64,000 nucleotides of DNA from positions 27,453,175-27,517,174 of the forward strand of contig NC_092677.1 in assembly GCF_964355755.1 (NCBI RefSeq). The letters run 5' to 3'. Of this stretch, positions 27,216 through 42,200 are shown one piece after another; within the stretch, counting starts at the first letter, position 1, and each line of letters opens with the position of its first letter. The stretch is from Antedon mediterranea (taxonomy: Eukaryota; Animalia; Echinodermata). The notes under the pieces are model-generated. The model was given only the letters and a program-made list of their open reading frames with translations, ran no database searches and was not told the origin of the DNA. The position numbers and the translations under genes were made by a program.

Positions 27216-30200
27216 ATGTCTAACTTCAAGAAGCACTTTGGTCAGACTAACAGTAGAAATGAAATTAATGCAGAAAGCAAATCACATTTTCATTGCAGCC
27301 TGCCGAACAGTTACAAAGCTAACCTAGAGGAAGTGCAACATCACAGCACGGCATGCCTGCAAGCGATGAGAAACCTCTGTCAGTCTGCCAACAATATGGC
27401 CGAAGGATTCACCACTCTGTTTCAGGATACGCCATTCTGCGAGGTTGCTACCAATTTGCAGCACATCTCGCAAGAGTTGGCCACCACAACTGGAGAGGTG
27501 TGCCAACATGTCAATGATAATGTGACCTTACAGACGTCACGGGTGATCAATCGGGGATTGAAGGAAAAAAACGATGAAAGTATTCAGGTACATTTTAAAT
27601 ATTAATTCCATTATTTACCAATACCATGTACAGTAAAACCTCTAATAAAGCTTGGTTCCCACTAGAGACGCAAGGACATAACGCAAAGTAAGTGATTTGA
27701 CCAATCGCTAGTGATGGATTATTCAACAATGGCTTGTCATTGGTCAATTTACTTGCATTGTGCGTACGTTCTTGCGTTCGTCTCTACCGGGAACCACGCT
27801 TAAGGAGACACCTTTGGGACTATATGCTAATGACAATTTAAATTAAATAAATGATGTAAACCATTTACCATGCAAAGTTTCAGAAATAATATTTTATAAT
27901 CCATAAAAAGATTGATTTATGATGACGCAGCATTTTGTGCTAACTATAAAGTTTAATGTATACAAATCTTGATAACGAAGAACAAATTTAAATGTTGTTA
28001 TAAGCCAATGTTTATGAGAAAGTTTGTTACTGTTACTGAAGTTTATAATTGTAGTTGTCGACATTGTTGATTAATTATTATCCTAATAATTTATTTATTT
28101 ATATATTTAATTGCCTTACCTATCTGAACATTTATATTAGTTCTTAACGGCATAATGAGTCTCTTTTTTCTCCAAATGTATATCTGGTTTTATTGTTTGT
28201 GTTTTTTTTGAAGATTTCAAAGATATTTATGACAATTTTTCTGTAATTATTTTATGATAATTTAATATATTTATGTAATTATATTTCTTTTATTTATTAC
28301 TTGTATTATTTGTTGGTAAAATGTGAATTTCAAATTTAATTTGTTCACATTTTATGTTAATCATTGTAAATCCTCCTTTGACAGAAAAAGCATTTATTAG
28401 TATTGTTGGATTTGGTGTTTTGCCCTAGAGGATTTTGGGTAATATGTCTAATTCAGCTACATGATGGTTAATTATTCGCTACTATATTGTTTACTAAAAA
28501 AAAAACCCTATGAAAGACTCGTGGGATGCCCACGTTAATAAATAACTGTCAGTATACAGGATAAAATGAATACCGCGCTGATAAAATAATAAATTAGAAA
28601 GTTATTTTGTCGTAAAAGCCAGATTTTGAAAGGCTTTCCAATCAATGATTGTCCATGTTCTGCTTTTTGTCTTTGACAGTAAGTAAAATTATAATGAATG
28701 CTGGGAAGGAGATTGCATTTAAAATTCAACCATTTGATGTATACTTTTAGTAATTTTAATGTCAGGAATATTGCATTTTTCAAATTGATTGAATGTTGAA
28801 TCCTCAGTACATTACTGTAGTATCATATCATCAACCTATTTATTAGAAGATATTTTGGTTTTACTGTAGGATATTTAAAAATGAAAAAATATATATTTTT
28901 ACAAAGGAATACAAGGACAAGTTATAAAACTTATTTCCTTTTAAAACTGATAAATGCATATTATAATATTGAATATTATTTCAAAAATCTATACTAGCAT
29001 TTAGCATAAACAAACTAATTTTAAAAGTTTCATATACAGTAGCTGTCAACATGACTACACCTACTCATCACCACCCACTCCTCGGGGGTGTATATCCAGC
29101 ACCTTAAGGCTATCCATAACAATAATAAGGTTAATTGTATAAAAAGTGTAACTGCATTAATATTAATATTGAATATGTTTGGTTAATTTTTACTACAGTA
29201 AATTCAGATGGCAGCCATTTTTATTAATATTTTAATATTTGTTAATAATAACATGTTCTGATTAACATGGTTGATACATGTTTAGTTGTTATTTTTACTA
29301 AAAAACAGTAAATTATATTTCAGATGGCAGCCATTATTTCGAGTCCCTACTGTAATCGTTTCACAGTTTCCTAGAAAATTAAGTAGTTCTGATACAGTGT
29401 AGTAATAGCATGGTTTATCACTGATTTTCTTAGATTTCTTGCATTACACAGGTTATTGATTAACTTGTGAGTTAGGATTATTAACAGTTTAATAACATTG
29501 AAACGTACAATAGAGGCTGCTTCAAAGAATCTACTTAAGTGCTAATTAAATTTAGATTTTCCTTAATTAAAATCTTAGAAGAACATTAAGGATTTTATGT
29601 ACTTAGAATGAAAATTATTCATGATTAGTGTAGCGGACTTTAAAATATAAAGCTGTCACTGCTAATGTTATATGACCAACATCTTTTTATCATTGTCTTC
29701 TTATTAACTCAACATTGTTGCCAATCCTATCTTCCATGTCCATCATCATCAGTACCATTATCATCATCATCATCTCAATGTCATCCTCAACATCATCATC
29801 ATCTTTTCAGCTTCATAATTGATGCTTTTTTTATGGAAACTAAGATAAATTTACACAGACGAGCGGTAACGATAATAAAGATATAGAATCTACTGTTATT
29901 CCTTATTACCATTTACACACAAAGCGTGGAGCGGACAGGCGGACTCCGCTGTGGATAAAAGATTCTACGTGGGACAAGCTATGCATGTTTCGTCTGTAAA
30001 TTGGCCTTAACAATTATCATGTAATAGAAACCCCTATTAACAGGACACTTTGACAGTAGAACCTCTATTAATGGGACACCATCAGGTTCCAACAAATTGT
30101 CACTTTTTATATCATATCATATATCATATATCATTTATTTCGGCAATATACAGAACAGTACAAAAAAACAATACAAAAGTAAGTCAATGAGGCCGGATAA

Positions 30201-33200
30201 CCTAAAAGTTACAAATAAAAATAACCGTCGAGAGGCTCTCCACATCGAAATACTTACATAAAATGAATAATACATGGATTCTATTAAAATTTAGATAAAA
30301 CTATAAAATTCAGCAATGTGTTTTTATAAAAAATTGTTAATTTAAAAAGATAGAATTAAGAAAATATCTTTAAAATATACATATGTTCAGATTAAAACAG
30401 ATTGTTAAAATATTTCTTAAGGCTATGCTTAAAACAGTTTATATTAATGTAACCTTAACTCTGACAAGCTCTTTCTACCGCCGGAGGTATATCGGATGTT
30501 TTGTATGTTTTGCGTTAACGCAAAGCAAACTAACCCCCAGCTCAATTTTATAGAGCTTGTGAACCAAGCTCTAAATACTTGCATATATTTTCTATGAATT
30601 TACACCAGGAAACTGTAGTGTAAATCGTCTCTTAAAGGTAGATACAATTGAAAAAACAAGGAAGTAAAACATTCTGTCATTTCTTTTCCTAAAAAGGAAT
30701 GTGATTTACTTTCCTTTTTATGTTTGTTTATTGTTAGAGTTTTATGTTCAAATAAGGAACATTAACTAAATTTAGGAGTTCAAACTTTTCTTTCTTTTCA
30801 TAACTTTTGACTCTACATATTAATTATACTATTAAAATCATTGATATGATGAATAAATGTATTTGTAATTTATTAATGTTTATTCAATCAACATGTTCGT
30901 AATATATACGATATGTACCTTATTCTTAGATCATTTATTAGCCCATCCAAAATTTCCAGAGTTATTATGAAAAATAAAGAATTTGATTGAATGGTAGTAG
31001 AAGTAGAATAAGTTTATTAAGTGAAAGACTGTCTGTATATAAAGGTATAATAAACATGTGAATCTCTAGAATGTTTAGAAGATTATAAACATGTAAATCT
31101 CTAGAATCTAGAATGTTTAGAAGGCTACAGTATTGGTTAGCTTTAATTTCAAATAAACAATAATTAATGTAATTTTGCGTCCTACATGTTCTGCACTATC
31201 TGGGCTGCAAAGCCTTAATACATCTCACAGTTTATATCAATCTACGAAAGATCTGATGTCATCATGCCAACCTTGCAGACTTTTCTTTTAATTTTATTAA
31301 TTGCTACCAACTTAAACATACTGGTTGAATACCATACCGTTATAATTACGCTTTAAAAATATGGCTGAATACCATTAATATAAATAAAAGAATTACACTT
31401 AGAAAATATGGCCATTTATGAGAAAAACTGTATAATTTAATAGTAACTGTAGACTAAGAATTAGCTTCGCATCAGGGAAAAGTAAGTCAGATGTTTTTGA
31501 TACTAAAATGTTATTGAGACTACACTGCAAGTAGTCTCTGACTATTTTCCACCACTATTTTTACTCGGGGTACCCGAGCCTAGGACTCTCTCACTTTCTC
31601 CTCCTCCATCTGGACACTATTGAGTAAAAAGTGCGATTTATAAAGTACTACTCCTCCCTTATTCGTTGTAGTATTGAGCTGGGGTTTGGCATGAATATGC
31701 TACAGGGACATGTCCTCAAAGCTATTTTAAAATTTCAAACCGGATGCAGCCATATCATGTCTCAAAGATGGTACCGTATAGCCGTATTTGGTAGCGAGGT
31801 TATTGACGTGTCGTGTATGTGACGTTACATCCTGTCTTATGATGTCATTACAGCTTCTTTTGCTGCTGTACCCCGAGGCACATTCGTGCTTGTTTGATTT
31901 GTACTACTGTAGCATGGAAATGGCACAGTATGTGATTGCTACACACATACAAAAAAAAAAACAGCCAACAATTTTATTTGCTATAGAATCCCATTTAACC
32001 ATTTTGTTTAGTATTAAACCAGTATATATTGGATCTAGCCCTATTTCTAAGTTTTTATTGATCTAGCCTTATTTCTAAGTTTTCATTGATCTAGACCTAT
32101 TTTTAAGTTTTCACCGATCTAGACCAGACCTATTTCTAAGTTTTCATTGATCTAGCCCTATTTCTAAGTTTTCACTGATCTAGCCTTATTTCTAAGTTTT
32201 CATTGATCTAGCCCTATTTCTAAGTTTTCACTGATCTAGCCATATATCTAAGTTTTCATTGATCTAGCCCTATTTTCTAAGTTTTCATTGATCTAGCCCT
32301 ATCTAAGTTTTCATTGATCTAGCCCTATATCTAAGTTTTCATTGATCTAGCCCTATTTCTAAGTTTTCATTGATCTAGCCCTATTTCTAAGTTTTCATTG
32401 ATCTAGCCCTATTTCTAAGTTTTCACTGATCTAGCCCTATATCTAAGTTTTCACTGATCTAGACCTATTTTCTAAGTTTTCACTGATCTAGCCCTATTTC
32501 TAAGTTTTCATTGATCTAGCCCTATTTCTTGTATTAAACCAGTTTGTGTACATTATATCAACCAGGTCGTTGATCTCAGTGTTAAGTTTTTCTTAGAATC
32601 ATGTTTATTCGCTGTGTTTGTATTAACTTAGACTTTGTATATAATGTCTCTCTTATCTTAAGTCTCAGTAATTTATAATAATATATACAAATGATGTTTG
32701 ATATTACAGTACTACTGTAGGTGGCGAGCCACTCGATGGTTATTCTTATTTATACCTTTTTGTGATCCTGCCTCATTGATTTACTTCTGTACTGGATGTC
32801 TTTGTATTTGAAATAAATGATGTGATGATTATGATATGTATTGCAGCAGTTGTACAGTAAGCAGGGAATTGTAGGATCCTGTCTATTTGGCTGAAATCAA
32901 TGCAGTCCCAGTGTGTAGGGTGGAATAATAACTACTGGGTCTCTCTATCATTACCATATCTGTGTGGGAAATTTAAATTACTAACTTATTAATTATGGTT
33001 GAATTGAATACTTGTAAATTTAATAGGAAATGAATATGAATACAAGTTTTATGCCCACTCTCTATTCTGTAGTGCCATCAATGCTAGTGACATAGTTTTT
33101 AATTTTTTTGGTCACAAAAATGGTCCCAATTATAAGAAATAACAATTGAATACTGATTAAAAAGGTGTAATGTGAGATTACAAGATCAATGTTGACATTT

Positions 33201-36200
33201 AGTTAGCACATGCAATGCAATCAAGTCCCACGCAAAATCCTATAATGTATTAACACTAACTATGTCATTTGAGTATGATAGAAAATGGCCATGTGTATGT
33301 GATTTGTTTTGAGTTTTTGGACAGTATCAGCAGCAAGATGCACCAGTATGTCCACATGACATTATTTATTCAGTATCAAACTCAAAGGCAAGTTCGATAA
33401 AACCGTGTATCACATGAGGTGCCTGTATTTATGTTAAGTTAGTAGGGTTGGCTTACAGCCTATATGATACAGGCAGAGAGTTGTAATTAAAACTCCCTGA
33501 TACAGGCACCACATGAGATCCATGTGATACTGCAGAATTTGTATGATACTGGACACATAGACCTTTACCAAGAATCAGCTATAGTACAGTAGAGGAAAGT
33601 GAATGGGGTCACTATATTATCAATAGTAGGCTGGTTATTTTTATAAATTAGCTGGGTATCTAGGCCTAGGTGCTGTATACATTATCTACTGATGTATACT
33701 AGGAATAGAAGTGCTGGGTGGCTGTTGACAATTTAAACTCAATCCTCTTGGTAATTGAAAGCAATACAACTATTGGAAAATCTGTAGTCCCACACAAAAT
33801 CCTATAAATGCATATTTAAAGAATCGTAGGATATGTATAGCAACTCTTTATTGAATTGTTGCTTTTTATGTATTTTTAATACAGCTCAGATTTCTAAATC
33901 AATGTTGAATTGTGCAGTGAGAGCAGGGAATAATTTCGCCAGTGTAGCATAGCAAAAAGCTATACAAAACAACCTTAATTTTAGAAATGTGTAGCAAGAA
34001 ATACAATACAAAACTATGTTTCTCGACTAAAAAATCAGTTTGATTAGCAATATTGCTATTAAACAAAATTTTAAAATGGAATTTACCCCTGGAGAGAACA
34101 GTTTTAAATTGTAACAATCAGAACTAGTTATAAAAAGCTACTGTACCATCTGCAGTAAATTAATTTAGGTGACTTTAAAATAGAAAGGTGTATAGAGATT
34201 AAGGTTAGGTGAATAAAATTAAATGAAAGGTTACCTTTGAATAGACTATTGAATGAAGCTACTACTATTCATTCAGTATATCGCATGATTTCCAACATTT
34301 ATAGCCTTGGGTAAAAGTACTTTTGTGAGCATTGTTTCTGTTTCACTCTTAGGAATACACCATCACCTTTCAGGATATCAAGGATTAGAGGACTATTATT
34401 TGGAAATAGACTATAATACCACTAGGGGGTTTGAGAGATTCTGGTAGAAATGTTAGGACACTTCTGCTTGCTTAAATTACCATTATTGCTATAAGAACAT
34501 TGCATTTTTAACATTTTCTGTCGCATATTCAACAATGATTTGACTTCTGAAAAAGTCGAACCCATGTCCCAAGCAAACAAGTTAATCACAAAGTTACAGT
34601 CAGGGAATAGTTTTCCAGTGTAACATAGCAAAACGCTATATAAAACAACTTATTGCTACACATTTCAGAATTGTGTAGCAAAAAATACAATACAAAACTA
34701 TGTTTCTCTACTCAAAAATCAGTTTGATTTTATGCAATATTGCTGAACAAAATTTTAAAATAAAATTTTTCACTGACAGTGCTACAGTAGTAAAGTGTAC
34801 TGTGTATTAAGACTTAATTCAACTTTTAAAAATGATGTTTGCTACATTATTATTTTTTCATTAATATTAATATCATTTGATTCTTCTTGTTGTTATTCTT
34901 GTTTCATTGAAATAACAAACGATTAATGAGGTTAGCATCTGAAATCATTAAATATGAATCTGCTACACCTTTACCGCTTGCATTTGATTAGTATGTGTTT
35001 TCCACATGGTTTGTTTGTGTTAATAAACTGGTTCAACCACCGTACAACATGTGAGTGTGCCATCGGGCATGTCCGCCGTCGTAGCTTGCATATAGTGATA
35101 TCAGGTTCGTTCACTGTACGTTTCCTGCGTGTGTTCCACTGTACGTAGCCTGCGTGTGTTCAACTGCACGTAGCCTGCGTGTGTTCCACTGCACGTAGCC
35201 TGCGTGTGTTCCACCATACGTAGCCTGCATGTGTTCCAATGCACGTAGCCTGCGTGTGTTCCACTGCATGTAGCCTGCGTGTGTTCCACTGCACGTAGCC
35301 TGCGTGTGTTCCACTGCACGTAGCCTGCGTGTGTTCCACTGCACGTAGCCTGCGTGTGTTCCACCATACGTAGCCTGCATGTGTTCCAATGCACGTAGCC
35401 TGCGTGTGTTCCACTGCATGTAGCCTGCGTGTGTTCCACTGCACGTAGCCTGCGTGTGTTCCACTGCACGTAGCCTGCGTGTGTTCCAATGCACGTAGCC
35501 TGCGTGTGTTCCACTGCATGTAGCCTGCGTGTGTTCCACTGCACGTAGCCTGCGTGTGTTCCAATGCACGTAGCCTGCATGTGTTCCAATGCACGTAGCC
35601 TGCGTGTGTTCCACTGTACGTAGCCTGCATGTGTTCCAATGCACGTAGCCTGCGTGTGTTCCACTGCACGTAGCCTGCGTGTGTTCCAGTGCACGTAGCC
35701 TGCGTGTGTTCCAATGCACGTAGCCTGCGTGTGTTCCACTGCACGTAGCCTGCGTGTGTTCCAATGCACGTAGCCTGCGTGAGTTCCAATGCACGTAGCC
35801 TGCGTGTGTTCCAATGCACGTAGCCTGCGTGTGTTCCAATGCACGTAGCCTGCGTGTGTTCCAATGCACGTAGCCTGCGTGTGTTCCAATGCACGTAGCC
35901 TGCATGTGTTCCAATGCACGTAGCCTGCATGTGTTCCAATGCACGTAGCCTGCGTGTGTTCCAATGCACGTAGCCTGCATGTGTTCCAATGCACGTAGCC
36001 TGCGTGTGTTCCACCATACGTAGCCTGTGTGTGTTCCACTGCACTTAGCCTGTGTGTGTTCCACCATACGTAGCCTGTGTGTGTTCCAATGTACGTAGCC
36101 TGCATGTGTTCCAATGCACGTAGCCTGCGTGTGTTCCACCATACTGTACGTAGCCTGTGTGTGTTCCACTGCACTTAGCCTGCGTGTGTTCCAATGCACG

Positions 36201-39200
36201 TAGCCTGCATGTGTTCCAATGCACGTAGCCTGTGTGTGTTCCACCATACGTAGCCTGTGTGTGTTCCACTGCACTTAGCCTGTGTGTGTTCCACCATACG
36301 TAGCCTGTGTGTGTTCTACCATACATAGCCTGGTTACATACTATCAAGCCATTGAGAAATTATTTTGAATGATTCCTTCATGATTAAACATTGAATGAAT
36401 GAATGAATGAACATTGGTTGAAGTTGAGGTTAAATTGAGGTCAAAATACGCTTGATGGATTAGAAATCTGATTTTTATATTTTTAGTTTTCATCTGTATA
36501 TTTATTACATTTTTGTATCAAAAGAACAAATCTTATTTGCATTTAGTTAAAATCATATTCCTATTTTCATCAAATTCTAACGATTTCTTAACAAATGTTT
36601 TTTAAAAACCGATTAATGATTGTTCCTAGTTCTATTGTGAGTTTCAACAAACGACCAACTGCTAATGAGTTCTGTCACATTGACCTTTGAAGAAATATTT
36701 CTAACACTAATCAGCACAAATAAACCCACTTATAGTAGCAATGTTTATATGTAGTACAGTACTACTAATGTTGATCATAGAACTATAAAATAGTTTTCTT
36801 TGTGCTCTGTCTAAATAAAAATACTGTACGTCATCATCAGAAAAAATGAATTTGGTTTGGTTCATTCCTGCAGGTGAATAAGAGGTTCCAGATACTGAGA
36901 AGGCTCAGGCTAAAGGCTCGGGCAGCGTCATACAATGGGGCCCGACAAGTCGTCTTGTCGGGAGAAAATTAAACATGTTCAATGTTCTCCCGATGACCTA
37001 ACAACTTGAAACCTAGACATAAGTCAAGACGTTTCGTCGGGCCTTCTCGTACGATGCTGTCTGAGTTGGCCTAAGTTGCTAACCTCAGTTAATTTGTTTG
37101 GACAGCTGGATTGATCGAAGAAGTATAGTAGGGCCACATTTCGGTTTGGGTGTTGGATTATTTTCGCTTTTCCAATTTCCTTTTCATTCATGTTTTTTTC
37201 AATGCCTTTGTTGTTTTTTTTATCTAAATACTTCTTAAACCATGACTAAAATAATGTAATTATTATGCTTTTGTTTGTTTCCAGGTGATGGCCCATTGCT
37301 TCCTACTTATGCTGCAAACCCAATGTCAATTCTTCAACTCTGCCTCTCAAGTATTTGAGCCGCTGGTTCGGTTTCAGAGTTTAGAGGATTTCTTTGTTGG
37401 AGATAACAGGGATGAAATTCTTAAAGAAGCATGTGCCTCATGGCTTAGAATGTCACAGGTATTGTATGCTTATTTTGTTGTAGTTAAGGAAGCTATCACA
37501 ACGCTTACAAGCATGTGCCTCGTGGCTTAGAATGTCACAGGTACAGTATTGGATGCTTATTTTGTGGTAGTTAAGGAAGCTATCACAACACTTACAAGCA
37601 TGTGGCTTAGAATGTCACAGGTATTGTATGCTTATTTTGTTGTAGTTAAGGAAGCTATCACAACGCTTACAAGCATGTGGCTTAGAATGTCACAGGTATT
37701 GTATGCTTATTTTGGGATAGTTAAGGAAGCTATCACAACGCTTACATGCATGTGCCTCGTGGCTTAGAATGTCACAGGTATTGTATGCTTATTTTGTGGT
37801 AGTTAAGGAAGCTATCACAACGCTTACAAGCATGTGCCTCATGGCTTAGAATGTCACAGGTATTGTATGCTTATTTTGTTGTAGTTAAGGAAGCTATCAC
37901 AACGCTTACAAGCATGTGCCTCGTGGCTTAGAATGTCACAGGTATTGTATGCTAATTTTGGGGTAGTTAAGGAAGCTATCAACAACGCTTACAAGCATGT
38001 GGCTTAGAATGTCACAGGTATTGTATGCTTATTTTGTGGTAGTTAAGGAAGCTATCACAACGCTTACAAGCATGTGGCTTAGAATGTCACAGGTATTGGA
38101 TGCTTTTTGTTGTAGTTAAGGAAGCTATCACAACGCTTACAAGCATGTGCCTCGTGGCTTAGAATGTTATTGGATGCTTTTTGTTATGTATGATGTATTG
38201 TTTTTTGTTCTAAAATTCTTTAAAATAACACACTATATTTACTACACTGTAGAAACCAGAAGATATAAGTTAGAAATTGAGGGTTTGAATTGAAACTAAA
38301 ATTTGAACTGAAATAAAATTTATTCTGAAGCATTTGTATTTATTCGCTATCATCAATTTTGTTTCTAAATCAATGAACTTATAACACTCAAAGTGATGAA
38401 ATAAATCAAGACGTGAATACAGCGTACTACAATAACCAGAAGCATTATTGACGATGTGTACAGCAGCAGTATGGATTGTTGTACATATTCATGATTGACG
38501 ATGTGTACAGCAGCAGTATGGATTGTTGTACATATTCATGATGTGTACAGCAGCAGTATGGATTGTTGTACATATTCACGATGTGTACAGCAGCAATATG
38601 GATTGTTGAACATATTCACGATTAACTCCAAAAATGTTAATGAGGTTATAGGATTATGTAGTACAAGAAAGACGTGAGGCTAAAGTCATTATTTACATTA
38701 TGAAAGAATGTATGAGAAGATAAAGGTTTAAGTTCAGTACTAAAGTTTGTTTCTAATTAAATACCATCCACTATTTGAAATATTTTTTTTTATTTGTGAT
38801 AATTTAAACTGAACCTCTCCAGTTTGACGCTCCATTTTCCCTAATTAAATTCTAGCAATTAAATTAAGTAATTAAGATGATTTTTAATTAAAGATTTCTT
38901 AAAATAGATTTTAGATGATATAAACACTCAAACTACTTGTTTATGTTTTTTAAAATGCATGATGTGTTTATGTTTTTTCAAAGCATGGTGTGTTTATGTT
39001 GTTCAAATGCATGATGTGTTCTTCCAAATACATGATGTGTTTTTGTTTTTTCAATACATGATGTTTTTTCAAATACATGATGTTTTTTTGTTTTTTTTCA
39101 AATGCAGACGACAAAAACATTGAGAAGAGGCGATTCAACTGCAATTGGAGAATTTGTAAACGTTTGCAAAAATGAAGGTCAAAATGAAAATCCAAAAATG

Positions 39201-42200
39201 GTTGAATATAAACAAAGACTGGATGCTCTAATATTGGTTAGTACATTCTATTGTTTTGTAACAGATTTGAATGTTACCAAATGTTAAGCTCTGTTTACAC
39301 TATCAAACTTTATGTGAAAAAAAATGATGTGCCCATATATGGACATGAGGATGTCATAGCACTACCATATTTAGGCATATCACTTCCATATTTGAGCACA
39401 TCACATTCTGTGTAGACAGAGCTTTGATATAATGATACCAAGTGGTGGCGCTGTAGCTTGGTGGTAACAAGCTTGCCTTCCAATCCCAATGTTCAATCCT
39501 AACCTAGTTCTAACTCATGACACTTTCTACTCTTTTTCTTAAAACTTAAAAGAGATTTAGTTTATATATCAATTATTATATTTAGTTTATTTATTAAATT
39601 ATTATAGTTTTAATATATCCTGTAAATGCTGAATTTACATGCTGTTATGTGTATGAAATAAAAATTAAAAATAGATATATGCAATCTTTACACTGTGCCA
39701 AATATGTTGTTTTTCAGACCTACAAATATGAATTTGTTTTGTTACCAAAGACTGAATTCACAATAATTGGTGGCTTTCACCAACACCCACAATGCTCGGC
39801 ACTGGTGCTAAATGGCTATTGTCCAGACCAAATACAGAGTCTCTTGAGCCAATCACAATCTGTATTAGAAGAAATGCTAAGGTATAAGCCAAAGAGCCAA
39901 TCAGAGATGCCGAACCAAGAGGAGTTGGTAAAGAGATTGCAGACAAGCCTTGAAGATGTGACGATCCAAGTGGACGGGGAAATCTGCAAACAGAAGTCAT
40001 CGGATAAAAATAACTTCTACAAAATAATGGTGAGTTAAAGATAAGTAATGTACCATGTGGGTAGGGGTTTTCTGTAAAGTACATACATTGCCGCTTGTTC
40101 ATTTTACAGAAGAGTGTCCCCTGAATAATGGTGTCCCAAAAGAAGAGGGTCTGCCTCCCTTTGCTATTATTGGATTTTAATTTACTTGCTTAGTTTTTAT
40201 TGTCTTTGTACTATGATTATAATTATGTATGTATTTATGTAGTGTATGATGAATGGAAAGAAAGAGAAAATAAAAAAAAGAAGAAAAGTTCCAGTACTTG
40301 TTATATTTCATATTTTCAGGATTTGTTAACAAATTTAGCGAAGAAAACAATAAAACAGAATGGACTGAAACAAGATGCGAGGTTGATGGCATTAAGACTT
40401 TTATCTGAGATGAGTCCTCATTCAACTCATACTCAAAGTCATATTGCTGCTAACATTCTATTTGGCTTGTCCAATTTGGTGAGTAGTTTATATGCATTAT
40501 TATATTATAACAAAAATTGGTGAATTAAATATCACCACTACCTAGACCTTTCACCCTTGTGAAGTGGAGTTAATTTTGTTCTATAAATGTAACATTAATA
40601 TTAATAATAATACATTTCTTTATATAAATTGGTTAAGTTTTCAGACCAGTAAGTTGTAATATTGGTGTCGTTGAGGGTAGTGTGTTTCATTGCATCTTTG
40701 AAGATGACCCCTTCCCTTTTTTATTTTTCTGGCTCTTGAAGATGTCATTATAAATGTGTTAAATTCCCCCCCCCCCCTTTACTTTATTTAATATAATAAT
40801 TCAATTGTTGTTATTAGTTTTGAGAGCTCTTTAAATTTATTAATCTCACACATGTATTATAACAATAATATTCCACCATTTTCATACTTGGCACTTATTT
40901 TTGTTAGATTTCAATTGAGCAAGTGCCGATTGAAAACGATTTTCACAACTATCTGCAAGTGTCTTCCAACGGTGCGTTGCTGATAATTGAGGTACCTAGC
41001 GTCTGGTGTCTGAAGATAGTGATACCGGACTCACCACCTGAGATGCAGCTGTGTATCCCATGTCAATCACTTTTAGGCAAAGTGGAAGTTGTTTATACTG
41101 TCAAGTTTGATGTTGTAAAATGGAGTGATGGAAAGTAAGTGTACCTTTTTTTCTTTTTAAACATAAGTGACCATTTTTAATGTTTAATTTGTATTGATAT
41201 CCACTTTATTTAGAGAGGGTAACGCTTCCAGATGAACCTGCAAGCTAGCTAATATCCTCTTTAAAATGACACCATATAAACATATATCATACTTAACTAA
41301 TCTAAACTCTTTACAATATAAAATACTGCTGTTCCTAATTCAAAATCTAGACATTTTATAAATTATGTATATTACTTCCTCCCGCTGAATTATGTACTTT
41401 TTGAATTTTCTGAATATATATTATTATATATTGTGTTCTAAAACCACATGAATAAAAATGATAGAGAATGATACGAAAGAAAAATATGTATATGTCTATG
41501 CACACTTCGACCAATAACCTCTCTGATTACTGTTAGTGTGCTATGTCGCAAGACGTTCAGAGTTCATGATATTGATATTCATCATGATGATATTATTAGA
41601 GTAGCAAAATTATTAACAGTAATAATCATTTTTTGAACGACAGAAAACAAAATCTACCAATCATACAAGTGAAGCTTTGTAAAGAATTGGAAGATAATGT
41701 CCATCACGTGGTCAAACGACAGAACCAACATGCCAGCAGCCCACAATCGGTTCTGGACTCACCCATCAGTAACCTTAGAAAGAAGTTTGCTAAGCTGAAC
41801 ACAAAGTTTAACAAAAAAATATCATCCAGCTCAAATAAAAACATGAAAGAAAATAACAAACGGCAAGAAAATATTGAGAAGACTAAACTTGTGCCAAGTA
41901 CAAATGTAAGTGTTTATTTATCAATATTTAATTTGAATTAACTTGGTGAGAGACTTATTAATAAAGCTCTGTCTACACTATCAAACTTTATGTGACAATA
42001 AATTGATGTGCCTATATATGTCATATCACTACCATATTTGGGCATATCACTACCATATTTGAGCACATCACACTGTAGAATCTTCAATCAATTAGACCAG
42101 AGAAGCATCTTGTTCAAATAACAAATAAAGTGTGTACCACATTTGCAAGTACACAGTTTTTAATGCCTATTTCATTATATTTAGTGGAGGTTTTTATCTC

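Noticed and set aside
35101-36347. Long ORFs (294-387 aa) in all three minus frames
   Set aside because: A 25-bp stop-free repeat cycles through the frames and gives the same peptide in each; there is no gene structure.
39443-39530. Possible tRNA gene
   Set aside because: Only box-like motifs remain and no cloverleaf forms, so it is treated as a SINE relic.
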